A stretch of 64,000 nucleotides of DNA. Origin: Coxiellales bacterium. GTDB lineage: Bacteria; Pseudomonadota; Gammaproteobacteria; CBDETP01. The stretch lies in contig CBDETP010000009.1 of assembly GCA_965242995.1 (NCBI GenBank), positions 645-64,644 on the forward strand, written 5' to 3'. The position numbers and the translations under genes are program-made. The stretch's first letter is position 1. Each line of letters begins with the position of its first letter. Below the pieces are notes generated by a model that had not been told where the DNA came from, searched no databases, and saw nothing but the letters and a program-made list of their open reading frames with translations. This document shows, piece by piece, positions 49,636 to 58,212 of the stretch.

Positions 49636-50523
49636 ATGGTGAATTTCGCCGAAAACAACCCATCATCTAGCAACCGAGATATTATAAACTATCATGGTAG
49701 CAGGCTGCTATCCTGGCTTGCTTTCAGCGCCATTCTTATTGCTACGTCATTTCAAATCTATTTCATATCTACTCTACACTATGACGCACAACCGGCATTC
49801 TTTATGCTGTTTTTTTCTGGTGCAAGTATCTTATTATTACTGACTTTATTATTTAAAAAACAACGCCGGCCGCACTACTGTTTCACAACGATATTTTTAT
49901 TATCAACTTTCACCATGCTAATTACCTGGCGAATATCGGTCTTGATTGATATGCCGATGGCTAACTACATTTTCTTAGTTGCATTCATTGCTAAAGTTTT
50001 AAATTATATTCTTTGCGCATACAATGACATTAAAGATCAAAAAAAGAAGCCGAGCGATAATGCTTTTCACCACAACAACAGGTATGAATGGCAGCTTTTA
50101 TTCATACGTATGGTTATTGGTTTTATTTTTGTACCACACTTCACCGAGAAATTATTTGCAGGACCTGCCATTCGGGCAGATGACGTCCATGCTTTCATTC
50201 AGCTTGGCGTTCCTCATGCGCTTAACTTTGTTTATTTTGCTGGAATTTTAGAGTTCTGCAGCTGTTTTGCGATTGGCTGTGGCTTTTTAACTCGCGTAGG
50301 AGCCATCGGCGCTTTTATCTATTTAATGGTTGCAACCACCATGGGTCATCATTTTAGTATCGGTTTTATTTGGGCCTCCCCAGGCGGTGGTTGGGAATAC
50401 CCCGCACTTTGGGGCACATTATTGCTGAGCTTCGCTATTCTTGGTGCTGACACTTTCTCACTAGACACCGCATTAAAAAATGCCTTCAAGCTTCCTCGTT
50501 GGCTCAAATTTTTGATGGGATAA
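49636..50523 (+). CDS. Membrane protein with a C-terminal DoxX-like domain
   Basis: 295 aa. N-terminal four-helix region followed by ..LLFIRMVIGFIFVPHFTEKLF..GF.TR..A.. as in the DoxX family. Confidence 0.55.
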   Translation: MVNFAENNPSSSNRDIINYHGSRLLSWLAFSAILIATSFQIYFISTLHYDAQPAFFMLFFSGASILLLLTLLFKKQRRPHYCFTTIFLLSTFTMLITWRISVLIDMPMANYIFLVAFIAKVLNYILCAYNDIKDQKKKPSDNAFHHNNRYEWQLLFIRMVIGFIFVPHFTEKLFAGPAIRADDVHAFIQLGVPHALNFVYFAGILEFCSCFAIGCGFLTRVGAIGAFIYLMVATTMGHHFSIGFIWASPGGGWEYPALWGTLLLSFAILGADTFSLDTALKNAFKLPRWLKFLMG

Positions 50524-50529
50524 TTAGAA

Positions 50530-51096
50530 TCATAATTTATCACCATCTTCTTTCTTATGCGCAGGCTTATCTACCTTCAAAAACTTTGCCATATAAAAAG
50601 CCTGCAAGACCACAAAGATAAAAATAAGCCCTAAGGTACCGAATAGCTTGAAATTAACCCAAGCATTGGTACTGTAAAAATAGACCACGTATAAATTGAG
50701 CCAACCTAATCCAAAAAAGAATATAGCCCAGCTAAAGTTTAACGTTCGCCAGGCTTTATCAGGCAGATCAATCTTATCGCCCATCATTTTATTGACTAAG
50801 TTCTTTTTTCCAAACCAATGACTGCCAAGCAGCACAACAGAAAAAACCCAATAAATAACGGAAGGCTTCCATTTTATAAAAATTTCTTCATGAAAAATAA
50901 GCGTAGAACTGCCTAAAAATATAATCAAAATCAATGTAATGATGTGCATTTTTTCAAACTGCCTAAACTTTAGCCAATAAAGAACCACTTGCAGAGCAGA
51001 TGCAACCATTGCTACTGCAGTTGCAACATAAATTCCCCATATTTTATAAGCAACAAAAAAGGCAATAATTGGAATATAATCAAAAATAAACTTCAT
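50530..51096 (-). CDS. yciB: Inner-membrane septation/phospholipid-homeostasis protein YciB
   Basis: MKFIFDYIPIIAFFVAYK..GIY.AT...M.., the typical YciB (IspZ) N-terminus. I prefer ATG 51096. Confidence 0.85.
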   Translation of the reverse strand: MKFIFDYIPIIAFFVAYKIWGIYVATAVAMVASALQVVLYWLKFRQFEKMHIITLILIIFLGSSTLIFHEEIFIKWKPSVIYWVFSVVLLGSHWFGKKNLVNKMMGDKIDLPDKAWRTLNFSWAIFFFGLGWLNLYVVYFYSTNAWVNFKLFGTLGLIFIFVVLQAFYMAKFLKVDKPAHKKEDGDKL

Positions 51097-51285
51097 AATA
51101 ATTCTCTCATTTTTCAATCTATCAGCTAAAATGCGATCATAGCATTTTTTAAATGTTCCTAGCACCGCTATTCTTTAAGCTAAACCTTGATAAACCTAAT
51201 CTTTTTGCCCAACAATTGCATTAATCGATGACTCAGAGCCACAGCTAAGGTATTATGTGAATAATTTGTTAAGACAGAGAGCATT

Positions 51286-52095
51286 ATGGAACAAGAAGCC
51301 ACAGTAGAAAAAGAGCAAATATTAAGCAATCCTGTTAAGATTGCTGGCGAGCCACTCAATGAACTACCTAAAGACCTCTATATTCCACCACAAGCATTAA
51401 AAGTCTTTTTAGATGCCTTTGAAGGCCCGCTGGATTTATTGCTTTACCTAATTCGTAAGCAAAATATTGATATTTTAAACATTCCAATTGTCCAAATCAC
51501 AGAGCAGTACATTCAGTATATTGAGCTTATGCAGGAATTGCAGTTAGAATTAGCAGCCGAGTATTTAAACATGGCAGCTACGCTCGCGGAGATAAAATCT
51601 CGATTACTACTACCAAAACCTGAAATGCTTGAAGATGCAGAAGAGGGCGACCCCAGGGCTGAGCTCATTCGTCGTTTGCAAGAATATGAACGCTTTAGTC
51701 GTGCTGCCGAAGCTTTAGATGAAAGGCCTCGCATTGGCCGTGATATTTTCTTAGCACTTGCTACTTCACCTAAGTTTGATGATCAAGAAAATCTACCCGA
51801 TATTAAAATGACAGACCTATTAAAGTCACTTGCCAACGTTATTGAAAGAGCGCATGTATCCAAACACCACAAAATTGAATTCGAAACACTCTCTATTCGT
51901 GAGCGGATGTCAATTATTCTTTCAAAATTAACTCCCAAAGAACAAATGCACTTTCGTTATCTTTATACCAAAGAAGAAGGTGGTATGGGGGTCGCTGTTA
52001 GCTTAATTGCTATTTTAGAACTGGCTAAACAATCTGTACTTGAAGTTACTCAAGACGAGTTGTTTGCTGATATTTATGTGAGGGGATATGAGTAA
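51286..52095 (+). CDS. scpA: Segregation and condensation protein A
   Basis: ..FEGPLDLLLYLIRK..IDI..IPI..IT.QY..Y...M.....LE.A.EYL.MAA.L..IKS..LLP... Confidence 0.9.
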   Translation: MEQEATVEKEQILSNPVKIAGEPLNELPKDLYIPPQALKVFLDAFEGPLDLLLYLIRKQNIDILNIPIVQITEQYIQYIELMQELQLELAAEYLNMAATLAEIKSRLLLPKPEMLEDAEEGDPRAELIRRLQEYERFSRAAEALDERPRIGRDIFLALATSPKFDDQENLPDIKMTDLLKSLANVIERAHVSKHHKIEFETLSIRERMSIILSKLTPKEQMHFRYLYTKEEGGMGVAVSLIAILELAKQSVLEVTQDELFADIYVRGYE

Positions 52096-52882
52096 CTTAA
52101 CTGAAACAATAATAGATCAGACCATAGAAGCTGCATTATTTGCTTATGGTGAACCACTATCAGCCGTGAAATTACAACAGCTTTTTCCTGCTGATGAAAA
52201 ACTAACTATCGATATTATTAAAGCATCCTTAGAAAGAATTAAGCAATTCTATGAGGGCAGAGGAGTTGAACTTGTCCAAGTCGCCAGTGGCTGGCGCTTT
52301 CAAGCAGTTGCTGCAACCGCACCTTTATTACAAAAATTATGGGATAAAAAACCTAAACGTTACTCGCGTGCTGTGCTTGAAACACTTGTACTTATTGCTT
52401 ATAGACAACCTATTACGCGCGGTGAAATTGAAGAGGTCCGTGGCGTTGCAGTTAATGCTCAAATTATTAAGAGCTTGCTTGAACGAGAATGGATTGAAGT
52501 TGTTGGCACTCGAAATGTTCCGGGCAAGCCGGCATTATTTGGCACAACAAAAGCCTTTTTAGATTATTTTGAATTAACAAAACTGAGTGATTTGCCTCCA
52601 CTTGAAGAGATTCATAGCCCTGACCAACTGTCTGAAAGGCTGGCAGAACAATTGAGCTTACTAGCTGTTGGTGAAAATCTTACTAATGATGATGAAAACA
52701 GCTCTGATAGTGAAATTAAAAATGAGGGCTATGAAGAGCCACTAACCGAAAGTAATCAAGTTAAAGAAGAATTAGCGCAACCTCAAGCTGAAAGCACTGA
52801 CTCATCTGACGAAAGTAAATCAGTAAATAATAATGTGAAAGCTGAGGCAGATCAGCTAAGCTCCGTTGAAGAACAAATATAG
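52088..52882 (+). CDS. scpB: Segregation and condensation protein B
   Basis: ..IEAALFA.GEPLS...L........, ..LS.A.LETL..IAY.QPITR.EIE..RGV.......L.ER.WI...G....PG.P.L.GTT..FL..F.L. Overlaps scpA by 8 nt. Confidence 0.9.
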   Translation: MSNLTETIIDQTIEAALFAYGEPLSAVKLQQLFPADEKLTIDIIKASLERIKQFYEGRGVELVQVASGWRFQAVAATAPLLQKLWDKKPKRYSRAVLETLVLIAYRQPITRGEIEEVRGVAVNAQIIKSLLEREWIEVVGTRNVPGKPALFGTTKAFLDYFELTKLSDLPPLEEIHSPDQLSERLAEQLSLLAVGENLTNDDENSSDSEIKNEGYEEPLTESNQVKEELAQPQAESTDSSDESKSVNNNVKAEADQLSSVEEQI

Positions 52883-52891
52883 GTATAAATC

Positions 52892-53653
52892 ATGGCAGAA
52901 GAAAGAAAAAACCCCGAACGAATTCAAAAAGTGCTGGCCCGAGCAGGCATAGCCTCTCGCCGCAAAATAGAAGAATGGATTAAAGAAGGCCGGATCAGCG
53001 TTAACGGTAGCGTTGCTACATTAGGCGATCGAATTCATGAAAATCACCGTGTCTATATTGATAGTCGCTTAATTGATTTAAGTGCCGAGCAAACAACTCG
53101 TGTTTTATTGTACCACAAACCAATCGATGAAATTTGCACCCGCACAGACCCTGAGGACAGAGCAACAGTTTATGATAATCTGCCTGATTTGAAAACAGGC
53201 CGCTGGTTGAGCATTGGCCGACTAGACATCAACACATCAGGCTTACTATTATTCACCAATGATGGCGAGCTAGCGCATCGAATGATGCATCCTTCGTTTC
53301 AATTAGAAAGAGAATATAGCGCTAGAGTTTTAGGCAATGTAGACAAAGCAATGATGGAGCGCTTGACTCAAGGCGTAAAACTTGAAGATGGCGTGGGCCG
53401 CTTTGAGCACATTGTCTCAAGAGGTGGTGAAGGTGCGAATCGCTGGTATCAATTGGTTGTAATGGAGGGACGGAAACGTTTGGTTCGGCGTTTATGGGAA
53501 TCACAAGACCGCCAAGTAAACCGCTTAACTCGTGTTCGCTTTGGCCCGATTTCTCTACCAAGAGGCCTTCCTCTGGGAAAAACCAGAGAATTAAATGCTC
53601 GCTTAGTGAATCAATTAATTGAAGCCACAAGCTCAAAAAAAGAAAAAGGTTAG
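52892..53653 (+). CDS. rluB: 23S rRNA pseudouridine synthase RluB (RsuA family with S4 domain)
   Basis: ..RIQKVLA.AG.ASRR..E..I..GR..VNG, GRLD..TSGLLL.TNDGELA..L.HP....EREY..RV... Confidence 0.9.
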   Translation: MAEERKNPERIQKVLARAGIASRRKIEEWIKEGRISVNGSVATLGDRIHENHRVYIDSRLIDLSAEQTTRVLLYHKPIDEICTRTDPEDRATVYDNLPDLKTGRWLSIGRLDINTSGLLLFTNDGELAHRMMHPSFQLEREYSARVLGNVDKAMMERLTQGVKLEDGVGRFEHIVSRGGEGANRWYQLVVMEGRKRLVRRLWESQDRQVNRLTRVRFGPISLPRGLPLGKTRELNARLVNQLIEATSSKKEKG

Positions 53654-53660
53654 TGTTATC

Positions 53661-53945
53661 GTGAAAGTTTTAGTTTTTTATGTGGTTGAGTCACATATTG
53701 AAAAAGTAAAAGAAGCTATTTTCAAAGCACAGGGCGGTGAATCAGAGCATTTTGAACAATGCTCTTGGCAAACACTTGGTGATGGACAATATAAAGAAAA
53801 AACTCAAACTGATCTTGTCAAAAATCCCGAATACAAAGTCGAAATTCTTTGTGAAGATACTAAAATAAAACACGCCATAAAAGCACTACTAGAATCGCAC
53901 CCATGCGACCATCCGCCACACTATGTTTTAAGCCCAGATTCTTAA
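53661..53945 (+). CDS. Small PII-fold-like protein resembling the stand-alone Nif3/YqfO cap-domain family (tentative)
   Basis: VKVLVFYVVESHIEKVKEAIFKAQGG..FEQCSWQTLGDGQY....Q.....PEYKVEILCED..IKHAIKALLESHP.D.P.HYVL. The family assignment is recognised from memory only. GTG 53661 follows the rluB stop. Confidence 0.4.
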   Translation: MKVLVFYVVESHIEKVKEAIFKAQGGESEHFEQCSWQTLGDGQYKEKTQTDLVKNPEYKVEILCEDTKIKHAIKALLESHPCDHPPHYVLSPDS

Positions 53946-53967
53946 GTCAATAACGATCAAGAATACT

Positions 53968-56706
53968 TTAATCTTCTTTTTTTGGTGGGCCCGCAGCAAT
54001 TAGGCTAATTGTTTTCTCACCACAATTATCCGCTATTGCCTTGTACGCTTCATCACGAAGTCGTAATGACTCACTCCAACTATTTTCTACCGGAAAAATC
54101 AAACTGCTAACATGAATTTTAATGAAATTTGGTCGAAACATACAACTGCCGTCACGTAAAACAGTGCGAACACCTTGAATACTCACGGGGCACACAGGAG
54201 ACATTGTTTCAGCTGCTATTTTAAAAGTTCCCATTTTAAACGGCCTTAATCCCGTCGCATAAGTGAATGTTCCTTCTGCAAAAATCAAAACAGAACGGCC
54301 AGATTTTACAGTCTCAGTGATTTCAGCTATTTCACCAGGTGTTTTAGTGAAATCCACAGGATTCACAAAAATATAACCCAAATGCTGCATCAGTTTTTTC
54401 AAAAAACCAACATCAGAAAGTTCTTGTTTGCCGATATAAGAAATATCGCTAGGTAAAACAGAAATTAAAGCTACAATATCTAAATATCCAGTATGATTAG
54501 CAGTATAAACAATCGGTGTTTTTGATTCACCCACACTTGGATCTTCTGAATATTTAATAGGGCAAAACATACTAGCAAATAAAAACTTACACCATAATTT
54601 CAAGAATTTTGCTCCAAGCTTTCTTGGCAGGCACATTATAATTATCCAGCCAGGAGGCCCCGTTAAAACTAGGATTATTCCCACGTAAAAGGTATATATA
54701 ACGCGTAAGGAAAACTTTATTTTTCCCGACAATATATTCCATATTTTTTTTGATTTTACCTTGATTTTTTGAATTAAAGAGGGGGATAACTCTCTTCCCA
54801 GTGAATTATTCTCATAATCTTTCTTACATTGAAATCTTTTAATCTTACCACTCAAGGTTCTTGGCAAGCTATTATTTTTAAGAAAAATTATTTTTTCAGG
54901 CGTTGAAATTCCAGATTGCTTTAATTTCTTACTAACTATCTCTCTAACATTACTATGCTGGCTAGCAGAATCAACAGTTGTTTCAACCACCAATATATAG
55001 TTCTCATTTGAATCATTAAATGCGGCAACACTATTAGCATTAATATCCGGCAGCATGCCTACAAGATTTTCAATCACTTTAGCATAACACTGCTTGCTTT
55101 CTTTTAAATAAATCAAACCCTGCTCTCTACCAATCACAAATAAACTTTTATTAACGGTATAACCATAATCTCCTGAGCTAATCCAGCGCCTTGAATCATC
55201 CTCAAAGCTTGATGGGCGAGAAAATTGAATTTTTCCGATTTGTCTGTCTTTTAAAACCACACCATCACTATCTGCAATTCTAATATCATTATTTCCAACA
55301 ACTTCCCCACAATTAACATAATCAATACTTAGACTAGTGTCTGTTTTTTCCGCCGTATTTTCTTTTAGCAATCTATCAAGGCTTGCTTGATCTGTTTGAT
55401 ATTTATTTCCAGGGTTGCTTATTGTTAATAACGCTCCATTTTCTGTTAAAGCATAGGCAGGAGTTAAGCATGTTTCCTTAAACCCATAAGGGGAAAACTT
55501 TTGGTTAAATGCATTTAAAGTATCTACTTGCGGCTGGTCTGTGGCAACAAGTGCAACTCGACAGCTACTAATATCCAATCCATCTAATGTATGAAACTTT
55601 ATTTTTTGTGTGCACTGAGCAAGGTCAAAGTCACTCGCTACAGAAATAGTCCCTTGATGGAAATGAATTGCCCACAGCCAGCGTTCTGGCTGCTGTAAAA
55701 AATCATTATAATCAATTAAAACCAGGGGAATTCCTGCATACAAACTAGTTAAACACATTGAAATCAAACTGACACTATTATTTAAAGGGAGCCAATTTAC
55801 CACAATATCGCTTGGCGACATGCTCATTGCATCAATGGATGATTTGATATTTTCTAAAACACTTTCTTGTCTAAGAAGAATTTCTTTTTTATCCCCTGTA
55901 GTCCCAGCTGTTAATAAACCAACAACTCCGTTATTTTTTTCATTTATACAGATATTTTGATCTTTATGCTTAACGTCCAAAGCATCGCTAGGCGATAGAA
56001 ATATAATTTTCTTTAAATTCAATTGAGACTTTAGATTATCTTCTGCGATTACAAAATCAACATCGCCATCAATCAAAAAGGGGGGGAGAGACTGCTTTTT
56101 TTCTTTCAATAATAAAGGGGAAGAAATAATTGGCCTTCCGCCTAACAGCAGTGATGCAAAAAAGGCATAAAAAAACTCGCATGAGGTGGGCAATGCAATG
56201 ACAATTTTATTGCCTGGCCGCAACCCTTTTTCTTTTAAATAACAAGCCATGTTAATGGTCTCATTATATAATTCTTGATAACTGAGGGTTGCTTCTTTTC
56301 CGTCAGCGTTTTGCAAATATAACCAAGTCCGCAAAGGGTCTTGTTGCTTTCCCAATAATAAAATATCAACGAGTGATTCAGCCGAACGCATGTCAATTTC
56401 AGGAAGGTCAGCAATATGATCAACAAAATGATACTCTGGTTGCTTTTGCTCTAGCTTATTTAGAATTTCTTCATAAATGACATCTAAGTTGTCGGCTCTG
56501 GCGATAGAATTTTCTTCCAGTCGAATAGAAAATATTTTTTCTAATCGCTGCATTAGCTCTATTCTTTCAATGCTACCAATACCTAAATCATAAGTTAATG
56601 ATTTTTCAAGCGTCACCGCTCGATAAGCTTGCTTATGCCCAGACTCAATTAAAAAGCTTTGAGTTGCCTTGATAATAGCTGCTTGAATTGCTTGGTTTTT
56701 CTTCAT
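53968..56706 (-). CDS. Tri-functional fusion: N-terminal carrier (PP-binding-like) domain, acyl-AMP/acyl-CoA ligase-type adenylation domain, TM helices, and a C-terminal PlsC/LPLAT-type acyltransferase domain
   Basis: Carrier: ..DLGIGSIERIELMQRLE... Adenylation cores: LLTAGTTGDKKE, YALTENG, SSGDYGY, VIGREQGLI, LPRTLSGKIKR. Hydrophobic helices at about aa 655-720. Acyltransferase: NHTGYLD (HX4D), FAEGTFT, VCPVSIQG. Confidence 0.8.
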   Translation of the reverse strand: MKKNQAIQAAIIKATQSFLIESGHKQAYRAVTLEKSLTYDLGIGSIERIELMQRLEKIFSIRLEENSIARADNLDVIYEEILNKLEQKQPEYHFVDHIADLPEIDMRSAESLVDILLLGKQQDPLRTWLYLQNADGKEATLSYQELYNETINMACYLKEKGLRPGNKIVIALPTSCEFFYAFFASLLLGGRPIISSPLLLKEKKQSLPPFLIDGDVDFVIAEDNLKSQLNLKKIIFLSPSDALDVKHKDQNICINEKNNGVVGLLTAGTTGDKKEILLRQESVLENIKSSIDAMSMSPSDIVVNWLPLNNSVSLISMCLTSLYAGIPLVLIDYNDFLQQPERWLWAIHFHQGTISVASDFDLAQCTQKIKFHTLDGLDISSCRVALVATDQPQVDTLNAFNQKFSPYGFKETCLTPAYALTENGALLTISNPGNKYQTDQASLDRLLKENTAEKTDTSLSIDYVNCGEVVGNNDIRIADSDGVVLKDRQIGKIQFSRPSSFEDDSRRWISSGDYGYTVNKSLFVIGREQGLIYLKESKQCYAKVIENLVGMLPDINANSVAAFNDSNENYILVVETTVDSASQHSNVREIVSKKLKQSGISTPEKIIFLKNNSLPRTLSGKIKRFQCKKDYENNSLGRELSPSLIQKIKVKSKKIWNILSGKIKFSLRVIYTFYVGIILVLTGPPGWIIIMCLPRKLGAKFLKLWCKFLFASMFCPIKYSEDPSVGESKTPIVYTANHTGYLDIVALISVLPSDISYIGKQELSDVGFLKKLMQHLGYIFVNPVDFTKTPGEIAEITETVKSGRSVLIFAEGTFTYATGLRPFKMGTFKIAAETMSPVCPVSIQGVRTVLRDGSCMFRPNFIKIHVSSLIFPVENSWSESLRLRDEAYKAIADNCGEKTISLIAAGPPKKED

Positions 56707-56891
56707 GAATTAATACCATTTTTCTGGTTTTACTCTGCATTTTAAAAGTATAGCATTATCATGAAAAAAAAATTAAAAATCAAGAGATTGCGAGAACTTA
56801 ACTCAAAAAAATCACTAACCAATTATTGGACTGTATCCTGCCTACTGTTTGCGGTATCATAGCAAGAATTTTCATCATGCAAGGAAAGCAA

Positions 56892-58193
56892 ATGGGTGAT
56901 AATACAACACTACAGGGCAGGGCCGTCTATATTGTGGATGGTGCTCGAACTCCTTTCTTAAAGGCCATGACAGGGCCTGGGCCATTTTCAGCATCGGATA
57001 TGGCTGTCTCTTGTGGCCAATCACTACTTGCTCGCCAACCATTCAAACCAGAACAACTTGATGAAGTCATCATTGGTTGCATGGTTCCAAGTGAGGATGA
57101 GGCAAACATTGGTCGCTTAATTGCCTTGCGATTAGGCTGCGGCAATAATGTTCCTGGCTGGACAGTTCAGCGTAATTGCGCGTCCGGCATGCAGGCATTA
57201 GATTCTGCAATTAAAGACATCGCTATTGGCCGACACGACTTGATACTTGCCGGCGGTACAGAAACTATGAGCAGGGCACCTCTAATTTTTCCACCAGGCA
57301 TGGCCAAATGGTTAGTGGCCTGGCAAAAAGCAATGAGAAAAGGTGGACGACTTAAAACACTAACTCGCTTTCGTCTTGCCTTTTTGAAGCCTATTATTGC
57401 CTTACTACATGGCTTAACCGATCCCTTGATTGGCATGAGTATGCCGGAAACGGCTGAATTAATTGCTTATCGTTTTGGAATTACTCGTAAAGAAATGGAT
57501 GAATACAGTGTCACCAGCCAACACCGCGCAGCAAATGCTGAGCAAAATAATTTATTTAGCGAAATTGAGCCATTATACGATCACACCGGTAAAGTTTATC
57601 TAACTGACGATGGTATACGTAAAGATACTGATTTGGAGAAATTAACTAAGCTTAAGTCAATCGTTAATCGTCGCTATGGCATTGTCACGGCAGGGAATAG
57701 CTCACAAATTACTGATGGTGCAGCATTATTACTTCTCGCAAGCCAAGAAGCTGTTGAAAAACATAATTTACCCGTAATGGGGGAAATTAAAGATGTGCAA
57801 TGGTCTGGTTTAGCACCAGAGTTGATGGGGCTTGGTCCAGTTTATTCATCTACTGCCATTATGCAAAGACAACTACTCGCGCTAGATGACATTGATTACT
57901 GGGAAATTAATGAGGCCTTTGCAGGTCAGGTATTAGGCTGTTTAGCCGCCTGGGATAGTAACGATTTTTGCACAAAACAACTTGGTTTAGAGCAAAAAGT
58001 AGGTTGCTTAAATTTAGAAAAGCTTAACATTGACGGCGGCGCTATTGCCTTAGGGCATCCTGTTGGTGCTTCCGGTGCGCGTATTGTCTTGCATCTACTA
58101 CACGTACTTGCAAGAAAACAAGCCCGGTTAGGCATGGCTACTTTATGCATTGGTGGCGGGCAGGGTGGTTCTATGTTGTTGGAACGCAGCTAA
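56892..58193 (+). CDS. Acetyl-CoA C-acyltransferase (3-ketoacyl-CoA thiolase), FadI/FadA-like
   Basis: ..VYIVDGARTPF.., active-site ..QRNCASGMQA.., ..NEAFA.Q.., ..GGAIALGHP.GASG.R.., ..LCIGGGQG... AGGAAAG RBS before ATG 56892 (alternative ATG at 56877). Confidence 0.9.
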   Translation: MGDNTTLQGRAVYIVDGARTPFLKAMTGPGPFSASDMAVSCGQSLLARQPFKPEQLDEVIIGCMVPSEDEANIGRLIALRLGCGNNVPGWTVQRNCASGMQALDSAIKDIAIGRHDLILAGGTETMSRAPLIFPPGMAKWLVAWQKAMRKGGRLKTLTRFRLAFLKPIIALLHGLTDPLIGMSMPETAELIAYRFGITRKEMDEYSVTSQHRAANAEQNNLFSEIEPLYDHTGKVYLTDDGIRKDTDLEKLTKLKSIVNRRYGIVTAGNSSQITDGAALLLLASQEAVEKHNLPVMGEIKDVQWSGLAPELMGLGPVYSSTAIMQRQLLALDDIDYWEINEAFAGQVLGCLAAWDSNDFCTKQLGLEQKVGCLNLEKLNIDGGAIALGHPVGASGARIVLHLLHVLARKQARLGMATLCIGGGQGGSMLLERS

Positions 58194-58212
58194 AAGCAAG
58201 GAGAAATATACA

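Noticed and set aside
58150-58212. N-terminal extension of the fadJ-like ORF (MVAGRVVLCCWNAAKSKEKYT) overlapping the thiolase 3' end; a similar extension on the thiolase ORF at 56826-56891
   Set aside because: Strong RBSs (AAGGAG, AGGAAAG) precede the internal ATGs at 58213 and 56892, and homology starts there. The extensions are just open frame upstream.
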